Positions 1-14,297 are shown, counted from the first letter of the stretch. The stretch is DNA of 64,000 nucleotides from the human T2T-CHM13v2.0 reference genome, Homo sapiens (GCF_009914755.1 NC_060947.1), one strand, 5' to 3'. Notes: a model not told the origin generated them from the letters alone. Program-made: numbers and translations.

Positions 1-78
1 TAGAGTGTAACCTCCTTAAAGGAAGACAGCATGCTTACCTTGTTTACCACTGTATTCCCAGTGCCCAGTACTGAACAG

Positions 79-537
79 TTTCACTTATGTCACTCGTGTC
101 CATGTGAAGAGACCACCAAACAGGCTTTGTGTGAGCAACAAGGCTGTTTATTTCACCTGGGCGCAGGCGGGCTGAGTCCGAAAAGAGAGTCAGTGAAGGG
201 AGGTAGGGGTGGGGCCGTTTTATAGGATTTGGGTAGGTAAAGGAAAACTACAGTCAAAGGGGGTTCTCTGGCGGGCAGGAGTGGGAGTCACAAGGTGCTC
301 AGTGGGGGAACTTTTTGAGCCAGGATGAGCCAGGAGAAGGAATTTCACAAGGTAATGTCATCAGTTAAGGCAAGGACCAGCCATTTTCACTTCTTTTGTG
401 GTGGAATGTCATCAGTTAAGGCAGGAACAGGCCATTTTCACTTCTTTTGTGATTCTTCAGTTACTTCGGGCCATCGGGGTGTATAGGTGCAGGTCACAGG
501 GGATGCTATGGCTTAGCTTGGGTCCAGAGGCCTGACA
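79..537 (-). mobile_element. Solo HERV-H LTR (LTR7 family), antisense to host gene, inserted in an L2 3' end
   Basis: The minus strand starts TGTCAGGCCTCTG, carries the duplicated CCTTAACTGATGACATT U3 blocks, TATAAAA (218-224) and AATAAA (147-152), and ends GTGAAA. 5-bp TSD AACAG at 74-78 and 538-542. Confidence 0.93.
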
Positions 538-2365
538 AACAGATGCATAGTAGATGCTTAAATATTTGTTCAGCTGAAGTGAAGGTTGTTTTTTGTGTCC
601 TATTGTACCTGCCATTCTTGGAACGCAAGAAACTTAAGGAAGGTAAAGAGTTGACCCTTCATCTCTATTGTAATGGCCAACTTAATTCATTTTCTTTAAG
701 AGAGAAGAAAATAGTCAAATAGTGCGAATACGTTTTTGAGTTGGTGGTGAGACTTTTGAATTATATGCAACTTAGTTGTCCAATTTCTGTGGTAGTAGAG
801 TAATTGCACGATGTTTATAAAACATTGTATTACCATGTAACATTAGCTATAAGAGAGTTGAATCTTTACATCTTGCTCTTTTTGTTAATTTCTGCCTGAT
901 TGAGAAAATTAAAACTTAATTTTCTTACAATAATGACTCTTGCATTGCAATCACAACTTCAGCATTAGAGTTTATAAGTAAGTCAGTCATTTCTCTTAGT
1001 CTTAAGGGGTTGAGACTCTGGAGTGATACTTTTATAGTTACACAATATTCATATAATACTGTGCTAAGTTATATTTAATATAGCTGATCATAAATGAAGT
1101 TTAATAAACTCTGATTGCTTGACTAATGCACAGTCTTATTGCTTTTCCAGAGTTGATTTTAATGAAAATATATGGTCACTATATTTATTGGTACAATATG
1201 CCCTCATTGTAATGAGCATGATCATTAGATTTGCATAATAAAAACTTACAAAAATGACTTTAATCAGTGCTTTTAATTCAGGGGTATGACTCTAATAAAG
1301 ATTTTTGGGGGGGTCATTTTTGTTTCTGACTTTTTTTAACTCCATAGTAGCTCTGTAGTTTGTACACAGGAATGAAATCCATGTTTACTTGCATGTGGTG
1401 TGAGACAGATGCACCCATCCACATAAATGAATTTTGAGAGCTTGTCCCAGAAGACCATCATTATAAATGAAAAAAATTTTTTTGGTGTTTCTGTTGTTAT
1501 TCTCAAGTCCTTTTATACCTTTCTTTTTTGACTAATATAGAAAGATAATTGTGTAGCAGAAATGATTTCGTTTTGTTTGCAGATCATTTAATTGTAACTT
1601 ATACAATGATTTCAATGCATGTTTAATGTACAGTGGCTAAAAATTACCCCTTCTGAAATTCAGCCCTTCATATCTGCTTAAAGATTTTCCTTTTCGATAG
1701 ACCATATTTGTTCTTTTTTCTGAACAGTTATAACGAAGAGCTTTAAATAGTATTATATTTATGAAAGCAGATTTTTACATGAGGGAAATCTGAGAAAATA
1801 TTCGTATTAAATGTATGTGGTTATACAGGATATCCACTCTAGTTGAATGAAATTTACAAATCAAGAAATCAGGAGTGGGGTGTTTTTCTTTATGTTTCTC
1901 TATCACACGTAATTAGGATAATTTTTTACATAAGTATAATTTCCTATGTGCCTTCGGGTACTCTATCATTCTTGTAGATGCCTGTCAGGAAAAAAGAAAA
2001 TTCTTTAAGAATAAAACAAAGCACAGTCCTTCTCCAGTATTATTTTTGACCAGGGGTCCACATTTGGTTTATCAACAACTAAACTTTCAATTCAAGGGCA
2101 GCTCTAGAATTAGAAATGTATATAGCAGAATGGACATTCCAAATCAAAGGGAACAGTAGGGGCACAAAGAGGACATCATGGGAGTATGCATTGGGAAGAG
2201 GATTTTAATTTTTGTTTTCTGTAGAATAGGGATCATAAGAGAAGAAGTAGAAGATAGCCCAGGGCTGAATCATACAGGGCTTTGAATTCCATATTAAGGA
2301 TATTCATCTTTATTCTATAGGTCATCAGGAGGCATTGAATATTTATGAACAGGAGGGAGTATGAT

Positions 2366-3045
2366 AGTCATTCATACTCTTTATTGAGCCTCAATGTGCC
2401 AAACACTGCTTTAGGCGTTAGGGTTACATCCCTAAACCAGATGGGCAAAAATCCCTGTCCTTGTGGAGCTTATATTTTTTGTTGGAAAAACAGACCAAGA
2501 TAATGATAATTAAGTAAATTATAGACTATATTAGAACGTGCTAAATCTTGTTCAGGAGTGCCAGGAATATGTGGAGGGAGGCAGATGTTTCCATTTGAAA
2601 TAGGATGGCCAGGGTAGGCCTCACTGAGCAAAACCTTGAAAGCAGGAAGAGGGAGTAAGCCATATGGGCCATGGAGAAAGAGCATTCCAGGCAGAGAGAA
2701 GAGCCAGTGCATGTGGCTTATTGCCTCATTGGGGAGCCGTGAAGTGGTCAGTGTGACTGGAGCTGGGGGAATGAAGGGAGAGTAGTAGGAGATGAGGTCA
2801 GAGGGATATGGAGAGTGTATAGATCAGTAGGGCCTTGTAGGTCATTGTAATAACTTTGACTTGCACTAGGAGGGAAAATAGCCCTTGGAAAGTGTTGAGC
2901 CAAGGAGTGACATGACGTGACTTCAGTTTTCACAGTATCACTTTGTCAGCTGTGTTCAAAATTAACTGTAGGAGAGCAAAGGTGGAAGCAAGGAGATAGA
3001 TTAGGAAGTCACTACAGAAATTTAGTTAAGAGCTGATGGTGGCTT
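2366..3045 (-). mobile_element. L2 LINE 3' fragment
   Basis: Reverse-complement L2 tail pattern (tcattcat...ttattgagc...tgtgcca...cactg) followed by typical L2 sequence. Boundaries approximate. Confidence 0.75.
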
Positions 3046-5058
3046 GAACCACATCTTTGCAAATGGCAGAATGATTATCATGGGACTGGATAGCTGCTTG
3101 GCTATTGGAAATGAAGGAGAGGAAGGAGAACAAGATTTGGAAATCTTAAACCTAGACAAGTGGAATGCAGGTGGAGCCACTAACAAATGTTACCCTCTTG
3201 TTTGTAAAATGAGAGGCTTTGACTAGATTATCTTGAATTCCATCTAACTTGAATAGTTTCTACCTCTATACTCTGTGGTTTACTATAGATAAAAAGTATG
3301 TTAATTCCAAAGAAGAGTACTGAGGGGAAGGGAAGACTTCAGTCTCGTCCCATAGGACCAAGTGAAAATATTGCTAGCAATGCTTTTTTTCTTGTGTCTG
3401 TCTCCCATGATTAAACTGTCAACATGTATTCAATTGAGATACAGATTTGAAACATTTTAAACATATGTGTACCTTAATTTAGATAATTTGACTAAAGCAA
3501 AAAGTATTTTCCCTTCATTTACATTCTTGCTTTGGAGATATAGATGGGTTTCCAGCCTGGAGTTTATAACCCCAAAAGATGGGAAGAGAAGGAAAGCAGT
3601 AGTTGCATGAAGAACTGTATAATCTGTCTCAAAAACACATGTGGACAAGCGCACATAGGGATGGTAGCAGAATTAGTTCAGGCACTTTTGATACTTTGTC
3701 ATTTTCTCTCTGATTTGGTATTGCAGGAAATCATGAAATTGGCCATTGTGTTTAAAACAGTTTTCTATAACCCACTAGAAAAATTAAGGAGAAAATACCT
3801 GGTAGAGAGAGTTGCAGGGTGAATTCATCCTTCTTAAAGTGGTTTCAGTTCTGATATAAATAATTCCCACTTTTTTCCTAGGCAGTAAAGATTGATTGGG
3901 GTTTGTGTCAGCAGGATGTGATGAAGACATGGTATAGAGATTAGAAGTTTAGATCCCTGAGGGAATCAGTGGATTAAAAGTAGAAAAGAAAAGAGTTATA
4001 CATAGAATAGTATATTTGCCCCAGCTGATCTGGGGAGGATGGTCTTTAACAGCATTGGATTGGTGGTATTTGAAGACAATTTTCTGAGATCCAAGCAATT
4101 TTCATTCACTTAAAACTCATAATGGAATCCTCCCCACTGTGAGAAGACCCTATTTTTTTTTTAGTGTGCATGACCAAGTTGATATACATTATTCAGCTTC
4201 TGTTGTAAGAAATAAATGTATAGGATCTGGCAGAACATTTAATTCAATTTCTAACAGACAATTAAAAAAAATCTGGTTCTTTCCTAATCACACCCCTAAT
4301 TGGCACTTCAACATATTTATAATAAAAACTATATTTCATGCTTATCATACATTATTGTAAGGTCTTGAACTATCCCGTGAATCATGGAACATAACTACAT
4401 TATTAGGTATTGCTTTAGTATTGTTGTACTTAAATTCTTCAAATAATGTTGCTCATATATGTTCAATTTTATGTTCAAATAAGTTCAATTTTATTTAGAA
4501 TATTTTAAAAATATTTCTAATTTATTTATAAGGATAGTTTTTAAAAATAAGTTCAATTTTATTTAGCATATTTATAAAAGTGTCCTTTAAATATCCATCA
4601 GGAATAACACAGTTCTTAGGCCAAGCTGTTTCATTATATTTCATTCTTGTTAAATGTGACATTTTTCCTATTGTACGTGGTGTTGTTTTTTAAATTTAGG
4701 TATCTTAGCTTGAGGATTCATTTCCAAACTTATATATAGCATGCCAGGGCTTATGATTTTGTTGTATCTTTTCTCACATTTCAGCACTGTGGTAGTGACG
4801 TCTGATTTAGATCTGATTTGGGACATTGGGAGCCGTATTTAAAAACAAATATATACACCTTTGCCAAACCTTCATTTTTAATCATTAAAAAGATTTTTTT
4901 CTTTAAAGAATGTATTGTTTATATGTTTGAACTTTCTGATTCTTTTTGACTGTTTACAGTTAATAAAAATGAAAATTATTAAATTATTTTATTGTTTGAT
5001 CTATGAGTTTCTCTTATCTGATGGGTTTTTTTTGTTTGTTTCTTTTTGGTTTTAATAG

Positions 5059-5091
5059 AACATTCAAATAAAAACTTTGGCAGATGATGTG
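5059..5091 (+). CDS. DIAPH2: DIAPH2 coding exon 2 (33 nt, alternative cassette), NIQIKTLADDV
   Basis: T-rich tract, then taatag|AAC...GTG|gtaagg. The translation matches recalled DIAPH2 residues ~45-55, directly before RDRITSF. Phase 0/0. Confidence 0.95.
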
Positions 5092-5105
5092 GTAAGGTGG
5101 TCTTA

Positions 5106-5131
5106 GCATGTTATTACATTACTTATGCATG
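5106..5131 (+). promoter_or_regulatory. RBFOX-type elements downstream of exon 2
   Basis: GCATG at 5106-5110 and TGCATG at 5126-5131, 15 and 35 nt after the exon end. Confidence 0.6.
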
Positions 5132-5706
5132 TTGCCTTTTAATTAAAATGGGTGGACATAAAAGCATTGATATATGTAAGATACAAAATGTCTGGATATT
5201 TACAAAGTATAGTAGAATGGAATAATTGTCAATTCAGTGACTTCCTTTTCGAATATTAACACAAACAATTATATGAGATCCCAACAGAATTTTCATATCA
5301 TCCTAATATTTACCTTAACCAAATGTTTTTTAAAATCTTGTGAATCTAGACTCTGGAAAACACAGATGCTTCCTTTTTTGATGGCCAAATAAATTGTGAA
5401 TGTATTAAACATTAATATTGGAGGAAATTAATTTCCATTAGAAAGGAAATTAAGTTCACTGTTAGTCAGATGTGTGCTACTAAATTTAAAAACCAGTATT
5501 TTAAAGCTGAATTTGTCATAGTATATCTTTTTAAAAGTTATGGGCTCAAAATGTAAATATACCCTTTTATAGCTAAACTATAAAAAATGGTATTTTAAGC
5601 CTTGTCAGTTTTTTTTTTCCTATGTGAAATTACCTATTTACAAATAATTTAAAGTAGTGATAGTGCTCAAAGGAGATGAAGGTATGTGGCTTAACTACAT
5701 TTTCTT

Positions 5707-6003
5707 TTTGAGACAGAGTCTCGCCCTGTCACCCAGGCTGGAGTGCAGTGGCGCGATCTCGGCTCACTGCAACCTCGCCTCACTGCAACCTCCACTTCCC
5801 TGGTTCAAGCAATTCCCCTGCCTCACCCTCCCAAGTAGCTGGGATTACAGGTGCCCACCACCACGCCTGGCCAAATTTTGTATTTTTAGTAGAGATGGGG
5901 TTTCACCGTCTTAGCCAGACTGGTCTCAAACTTTTCCTGGTGATCCACCCACCTCAGTTTCCCAAAGTGCTGGGATTACAGGCGTGAGCCACCGCACCCA
6001 GCC
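5707..6003 (-). mobile_element. Alu (AluS-type)
   Basis: Full dimer. TSD AACTACATTTTCTT at 5693-5706 and 6004-6017. Internal CTCACTGCAACCTC duplication and almost no A-tail. Confidence 0.95.
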
Positions 6004-7229
6004 AACTACATTTTCTTACCAAGGTATAGCTGAAATCAAAAGCTAATTTTCTAGATAAACTGAAAGACACAGTGGAATATCAAATATATATGTTATTAAT
6101 GCTACTCAGTAAAAAGGCTAGTACTGGAAAAGTAAATATTAAGTGATATGAAGGGAAAGGAGAAGAGATATGTTGATTTAATGGTCAGTTGCATATTTAA
6201 ATGCTTTCATGTCCACCATATTTTTAGTGAAATTTGACTATTGGATATATCCTCAGCTTATTTTGGATTACTTAACTTTTTTCTTGAGTTGTTTGAAGAT
6301 ATACTATATAACTAAACCAACTTAATTTCCCTCAAAAAGTTAAAAGAAAATGTGAAAATATAGTTCAAGATGATTAGAAGAAATGAATCTTAAGTTAATG
6401 TGAAGACTGGGATAGGAACCAGGGGCTGTTGGATTTAGGAAAATCACCTTCTCTGTGAAATGAGGGGATTGGTTTAGATTATTTTTCAAGTTTCTTCTCA
6501 GCTCTAAAATACTATGATTTATATAATGTCTTTGTCAGCAACTGTGTACTCAAATTGCTTTTGTAATCCTAAATAAGCTGCTTAAAACTGCTCATATTTC
6601 TTTCAAAGTATACTTTTTGGTTTTAAAAAAGTGTTCTTTGAATTTAAAATAAAAGTTATGCTCATTAATGAGGAGTTCACATAATTTTACATAAGCTATG
6701 GTAATAACTTCTGTGATGCTCTTTGTATTGTTGAAGTAATTATATAAGGATTCTGGTTACATGGCGGTGAAGATATATTCTCCTGATATTTAACATATCT
6801 GCTTGTTTAATGTGAGCTTGATGGTATGCATGTGCTTCCTAACAGAAACCATAATAAAACTGAGTTGCATTCAGTTTTATGCACATTACTAACTTTTGAT
6901 GTCCCATGTTTTGTGGTTTAAAATAGAATATCCTATTTACATGCAACTGAAGTCATTAACTCACTTTATGTGAAATAGCAAGCTAATTATTAGAGATTTT
7001 ACATGGAATCAGTGGTTCGAAGTCAATATCCGTAAAATAGCAAGTTTTTCTTAATGATATTTGTAGGAATAAGAAATTTCTGTTTGTTACATTTCCAGTA
7101 AATGGAAAAGCCGATGTTTTTATCTTTGTTTTGCTTCCTCATTGGCCCAACATTTTGGGGAAGAAAATGCTGGGGGAAAATAATAATAGTAACAACAATA
7201 ATAAATAGCAGCTAAGTGCAATAAACATA

Positions 7230-7410
7230 TTAACTTATTTAAATTTCACAGTAACCCTATGGTGTAAGTAATATCATTATCCCTATTTCAGAGATGAGGA
7301 AACAGAGAGAGACCAAGTAAACTTTCACAAGGTTACTCAGCTAGTAAATGGCAGAGCTTGGACTGAAACCCAAGTAATCTGTCTTGAGTCCACGCTCTTA
7401 ACCATTCTAC
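7230..7410 (-). mobile_element. MIR SINE
   Basis: MIR core reverse complement (cagagatgaggaaacagag...cagctagtaaatggcagagc...ctcttaacca). Confidence 0.85.
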
Positions 7411-7886
7411 TGCTACACTGACACATTATTCATTTATACTTGTCACAATTTTTGCAACTTTGAAGGAGAAAAACATTACCATAATTTTCTCTTAGAATTG
7501 GAAATCAGTAGCTCTTTTTCAGTTTCTTTCTCTTTTTTCATAGTTCTAAAGTTGCCACCAAAGACACACTCTCCCAGAAACAACCAACAGGACTTTGATC
7601 CGAGACTTTTTTTTTCACTTATTTACTGTGCAAAACAGAAATGACAAGGGACTAAGTTTTACTTTTGAAGAATACTTTTCACCCCCAGAGTTCTGAGGCT
7701 GAAGAGTACTTCAAGGTTTCAAAATAGTACAATCTCTAACTGGAGCTTGCTGCTTAAAATAGTATTTTGTCAGAAGACAATAATGATATGTATTATACTA
7801 AGTGCCGTTTTGATGTTTCAATTCTTCATGTTAGTAGTTCTTGATCTTTTTCTCAGGGCTTTTTATTTATTTATTTTTGTTTGCAG

Positions 7887-8063
7887 CGTGACCGAATTAC
7901 AAGTTTTAGAAAATCTACTGTCAAAAAAGAAAAACCTCTTATTCAACATCCTATTGATTCTCAAGTCGCGATGAGTGAGTTTCCTGCAGCTCAGCCATTA
8001 TATGATGAACGATCTTTGAATTTGTCAGAAAAGGAAGTATTGGATCTCTTTGAAAAAATGATG
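7887..8063 (+). CDS. DIAPH2: DIAPH2 coding exon 3 (177 nt), RDRITSFRKS...VLDLFEKMM
   Basis: tttgtttgcag|CGT...ATG|gtaagt, 59 codons. Matches the diaphanous-related formin 2 N-terminus leading into the GTPase-binding domain. Confidence 0.97.
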
Positions 8064-10189
8064 GTAAGTTATACCCCTAATTTTGATGTAATTTTAAAAT
8101 GTGTGTGCCCAGAATAGCACTGAGTTTTAAGGAGGTGTGTTTGTATGGACAGTGTTTATATCACATAAAGAAGAGACCAGAAACTTGATATAACAAAACT
8201 ATTTGCAAAAGTATCCTTTTTTTTTCTTTTTTCTTGGCAAAAATGTCCTTACCTGTCTATCTCTTCCACTGTGAGCTCCTAAAAGTAGAGGCAGTTTTAT
8301 TTATCTTTGTTTTCTACTATTTAGTAGTCTCTAGGACATCGAGTCAGTTTTTCAGTTAACTGATTTGTGTGTCTGTTTCTACAAAGCAAAAGAGGCCTAG
8401 GTCCTCTGCTGAAAACATCACAAGGTCTCTTGTTGGGTATATGAAATAGACTTGGGAGGGTAGAGAGTAACAATAGAAGGGACAGAGAAATTAATTCATC
8501 CAAGTTTGTTCTATTAGCAACATTCACACAACCTACATTTTCTAGCATGTTTCCTGTGTTTTATAGCTTGTGGCCTAAATCACTGCCTATATTAGATAAT
8601 GAATACCATATTTTGAGTATTCAGAAGTTTATGGCAGGAGAGGGGAGAGATGAGGAATTAAACCGTATTACATTGTTAATTTGACCAGAGAAGAACTAGA
8701 GATCTTGATTTGTGATTCATTCATTCAAAATTATATCCCACATGTTACTGTACATTTTTTGTGGTTGTCTATTTACCTGTAGTTGTCCACAGGAGTTTCA
8801 AAGGTCGCCTTACACCAAAATAAAAGGTTAAGGATCAGTGAAATCTAGACCCTACTGTGCCCACTGTGGAACATCTTGTCATCACCTCTCCTGCTACCCT
8901 CATGTTTATTTCTCTCCTGCACCTAGAAGAGTTAGTAGGCCTTGAATAAATATTTGTTGGTAGCTGTTGAATGAATCCAAACAAAATTTCCCTTTAAAAT
9001 TTTCCTTGACTATTCCTTCCATCTAGCCACAACTGGCATTTTGGGTATTCCCCTGAAACGAGTCCTGACACTTTTACCCTTTTTCACTCTTCTTCCTGCT
9101 TCTGTGGTGCACCCTTTTTCCTGCTGCTCCTTTCGTGCTATCTTCTTTAAACCATCTTTCAACAACCTTTTCTCTTTTGAAGTCTGTTATTGCTGACCTT
9201 CCTTGATGATAGCACCTGGCTATGCTTTTGTCCTTTACCCTTGCTACTCATTTTGGTGATTTCAACTATTACGCTAATAGCCTTCAATACATTTTTTGCT
9301 CTTAGTTCCTTGTTTGCTAAACTCTGACTTTTGCATTTATATATTTAGCTAATTATAGGTATGACTGTACCTTGGACTGTGTCATCCTTTAGAATAATTC
9401 CACCTCTAAGAGCTTTAACTCTAAAATTTTCCTTAGAAGCTAAACAATTTACACTACCTTTCCAAGACCCTTAATTTTATAGAGCATGTATTGTGTAGTG
9501 GTTAAAAACCTGGACTTTGGGGTCATTCAGAATGTTTGTAGTGTTTCTTTCCTTTATCAAATAAGCTCTGTTGTGTCTTTAATTGCTAGTATTTTCTGAT
9601 TACCTAGATACCCCTCAGTTTATCACCCTGGTGTCCTTAATCACTGAAAACAATGATGACAGCAACAAACACAGAAACATTCCTTGATACTATTAACACT
9701 TTTTATCTTTTTAAATCTTTCTTCTCTTTAAATAAAAATTATACTCATTGCTTTAAGCTGCTGACAATTTGGTTACTACCTTTTGCAGTATTGAAATAGT
9801 TCTCCGAGTTCATCAGTGGCATTGCTGTATTCAGTTTTTCTACACTGAGCATTACAGGGCTATCTTCCCTTCATTGATTATCTCATTCACTTCTAATTTC
9901 TTGCCAAATCCCATTGGTTTTGCTTTTGTAATAACTGTTACATTTGTGTCCTCAGATGTCCTCCAGCTGTTCTTGCCCTACTTTAGATGATAACCCTCTC
10001 TAGTTGTTTCTCATGGCTATTAAAATAGCCTCCCAACTGGTCTTCCTCCCATCCTCCAGGTTTTGCCTATTCCAATCCAGTATTGCCCTATGATTTGGAC
10101 ACAGAGTTCTTTTCTGAAGCCCCAGGTGGGCCTTTATGTTTTCAGAGAATCAGTTTATATGTCCCTACTCCGTTCCCTCAACTATGCCC

Positions 10190-11930
10190 CTAGATGCCTT
10201 TCACACCTTTGCTTTTCTGCTCCAACCTCAGAGCTCTTCCCCATCTTTATTCTCTGCTGATGACCTTGCTGCTTAATTTACGAGTAAATTGAAGCATTCA
10301 GAAGAGAACTTCCACAGGCTCCCCCCACCACATTTACCTTTTAGTATCTGCATTCATGTATCTGTCTTGCTACCTATCACCATAGATGAAATTTTCATGT
10401 CCGCATTCTTCTGCTTGTGTATAAATTTTCATTCCTTTCAGCTACTCACAGATATTGCTTCAATAATTTTTTCTTCTCTCTCCTACCATTCTGAGCAGCA
10501 TGTAAACATGCGGTCCCATTTTTCAAAAGCCTTCTTTTGACCCTTTCTCTGTTGCTAGCTATCACTCCATTTATTTACTCTCCTTGGAAGCAAAGCACCT
10601 CACAATATAATTTTATTCATATGCACTGCTTCCAGTTTTAATCCTCTCACTTTCTCTTCTAAACTCACTCCAACCAGGTTTCCATCCCACCATTCTATCA
10701 AAACTGCTCTTATCAATGTCACCAGATATCTTCATGCTGCCAAATCCCATGGTCAATTCTCAGTTCTCATCTTAATTTTTTTTTTTTTTTTTTGAGACAG
10801 GATCTCACTCTTTCACCCAGGCTGGAGTGCAGTGGCATAATTATGGCTTACTGCAGCCTCAATCTCCTGGGCTCAGGTGATCCTCCCACCTTAACCTCCC
10901 AAGTAACTGGGACCACAGGCATGCAGTGCACCACCATACCCAGCTAATCATTTTGTATTTTTTGGTAGAGACCAGGTCTTGCTACATTGTCCAGGCTGGT
11001 CTTGGACTCCTGAGCTCATGTGATCTGCCTGCCTTGGCCTCCCAAAGTGCTGGGATTACAGGCATGAGCCACCATGCCCAGTCTCTCATCTTAATTGACC
11101 TATCAGTAGCATTCTGTGCAGTTGATTATTCTCTCCAATTTGAAACACTTTTTATTTTTTTGTCTCCTCAACATTCATCTTGTTTTCCTCCTACCTCTCA
11201 GGCCACTCCTTTTCAGTCTTCTTTGCTCATTCCTCTTTATGTCCTGAACCTCTAAATCAAATTTACATTCAACTTAGTCCTCACATTTGAACTCCAGACT
11301 CATATATTAAACTTCATAACCAACATCTTTCCTTGGATGCACAATAGATCTCTCAAAATAACACAACCAAAACTGAACTGCTAATATTCCCCTCCAGACC
11401 TGCTCCTACAAAAGTCTTCCCTTTCTCAGTTGACGGTATCTCCATCCGTCCACCTAGGCCAAAAACTTTGGATTTGTCCTTCACTACCCTTTTCTCACAT
11501 TCTACAGTCAAACCATTAGAAAATCTCATTAGCTTTTCCTTCAAAGTAAGGCACTTTCAACAGCTGACCATTTCTTACCCACCTCCACTGATACCACACT
11601 AGTTGAAGTCTCAGCTGGACCACTATAATAATGGTAGGATTATTAGGATTACCACAACCCCTAATTGATCTTCCTGCTTTCACTCATGACCCTCTATTCT
11701 TAGCACAGAAAGATTATTCATTTAAAATATGAACATCATGTCACTTGGCTCCTCAAATCTCCACCATGGTTCTCATGTCACTCAGTGAATAAAAGCCGAT
11801 GTACTTGCAGTAGCTTATAAGATCCTATATGTTTTGACACCCACCACACCTTACCTTTTTGATATCTTCCTCTACTATTCTCTTTCCGCTAGCTCACAGC
11901 TTCAGTTGCACTCATGCCTTTTATTTTATT
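10190..11930 (+). mobile_element. L2 LINE with reverse-transcriptase remnant, interrupted by AluJ
   Basis: Translation after the Alu gives [15 protein letters not shown], resembling the L2/CR1 RT motif LILLDLSAAFDTVDH. Pyrimidine-rich L2 ORF2 and 3' sequence follows. Confidence 0.8.
10778..11083 (-). mobile_element. AluJ
   Basis: Dimer with J-type ctgcagcctc/gggctca. TSD TCTCATCTTAATT at 10765-10777 and 11084-11096. Confidence 0.93.
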
Positions 11931-11940
11931 GTAGCTCTAA

Positions 11941-12279
<339 letters not shown>

Positions 12280-12641
12280 TAATTTTTAAATTTATGTACA
12301 ACATTTACAGTGTTTTTAAACTTCGTACATTTCTATTTTGTGGTTTGAATATCATAATGTTTCATCAGAAAATTACTATTTCCTCTTTATGATTTTTTTT
12401 AAAAAAGGATTTGCTTGTTGGATTCATAAATGTGATTTAAAGAACTGTACAACTTTGTGCCACATTTTCTCAAATGGGAATTTTTTCTTCCATGGGAATT
12501 TTGAAATAGGATATTAAGAAAATATGTTTTTCAGGTACTATCATATTGTGTTATAATTTTATTTGATGGATCTCTTTTATGTTATGTGACCCACATAATC
12601 ATTATAGACTTGTATATGCAGATATTAAAATCCTGTTTATA

Positions 12642-13278
12642 TCTAGTAGTGGAATTGCTGGATCATATGGTAGTTCTGTTTTTAATTTTTAAAGGAACCT
12701 TCATACTATTTATCATAGTAGCTGTACTAATTTACATTTTTACCAACAGTGTATACAAGTCCCCTTTTCTCCACATCCTGGTCAACAGTTGTTATCTTTT
12801 GTCTTCAGTAATAGCCATTCTAAAAGATGTGAAGTCATATCTCATTGGTGTCTTAATTTGCATTATGTTAAGTGAAATAGGCTAGGCATAGAAAGACAAA
12901 TAGCACATGATCTCATTCCTATGTGAAATCTAAAAATGTTGATTTCATAGAAGTCGAGAGTAGAATGGTGGTTACCAGGGGCTAGGGTAATTGGGCAGTG
13001 GGGAGAGGGGTAGGTTGAGGAGATAGTGGTCAAAGGATACAAAATTTCAGTTAGATAGAGGAATAACTTCAAGAGATCTATTATACAACATGGTGACTAT
13101 TGTATTTTTGAAAAATGCTAAGAGTAGATGTAAAGTGTTCTCACCACAAAAATCACAACCATGTGAGGTAATGCACATATTAATTAGCTAGATTTAGTCA
13201 TCCCACAGTGAGTATATACTTCAAAACATTGTGCTGTACATGCTAAATGCATACAATTTTATCTGTCAATTAAAAAAA
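12642..13278 (+). mobile_element. L1MA-type 3' end with inverted 5' segment
   Basis: 12642-12864 is antisense L1 ORF2 (ggaattgctggatcatatggtagttct...). 12861-13278 is sense ORF2 end plus 3'UTR and A-tail. Confidence 0.85.
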
Positions 13279-13569
13279 CTTATTTATAAATGGACATATA
13301 TTATTTTTAAATAACAGTATAATATAATAGGATATCAGAGAAATATGGTTTGATTAAAAGTAACAACCAAAAGTTAAACTGAAAACTTTAAAGATTATCT
13401 CTCTACTTTGAGAGAAGTCTACTTATACCCTGAATATTGCGTATTTTCTATATTAGTTTGACGGTAATAACCTTACAGTGAACAAATTATTTTATGAATA
13501 ACTATAGTTTTCATCTACTGTATACTTATGCCTAAGGCATGAAACTAAAACATTTAAGTGTATTATTTC

Positions 13570-13705
13570 AATTGATCCTTATGACAGTGCCACAAAGTAA
13601 GTAAGATTGTTATACCCCATTTTCAGATGAGGAAAGTGAAGCTTAGAGAGAGGCAAGAAAATTGGTTCATTAACTTGACTAAGCTAGTAAGTAGCTGAGC
13701 CGAAA
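13570..13705 (-). mobile_element. MIR SINE
   Basis: ccccattttcagatgaggaaagtgaagcttagagag...agctagtaagt core. Confidence 0.8.
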
Positions 13706-14297
13706 CTTAAATTTAGGTACATAAAAATCTAAAACATTGACTTTTTGTAACATCTGCCTTTAATAATGCTTCATTTAAACTAAATATAAAATTAGTACAT
13801 TTTCCTTGCACACATAGTGAGGAGAAGTAGAAGGCAAATCAGAGGTACATTAGAGTGGTAGGTAAAGCCAGCCTGGGATGGATTATTTCCTACTGATAAT
13901 GGAACATTGTCTGTAATTGCTTTTTATGGAGCATCAATTGAGAAGAATGAGTCCAAAAATCTAGCAATGGAAAACTGTTAAAAATGTCATTATCACAGTT
14001 GATTGGGAGAAAGCACTTAAGTCATTCTGTTTCTAAAACACGGAAGTAGACTTCCAGATATGAAATTTATCTTTTTTTATTTCACTCCTTGTGGGTGTCT
14101 TTCCTTGTACAAATAACGTAAAAGGTGTTCTTGTCGTATTTGATGGCTCTTATGACAATCTTCCTTCTTCTGGGTCTTTTGATGGTAGCTTTATTGTGCT
14201 GTTTCTCTTGATTGGCTTTTCTGACTTTAGAGAACTACAAAGGTTTAGACCATTTGGTTTCAATACTATATATGTATTTTAGGATAACATACTTTGA

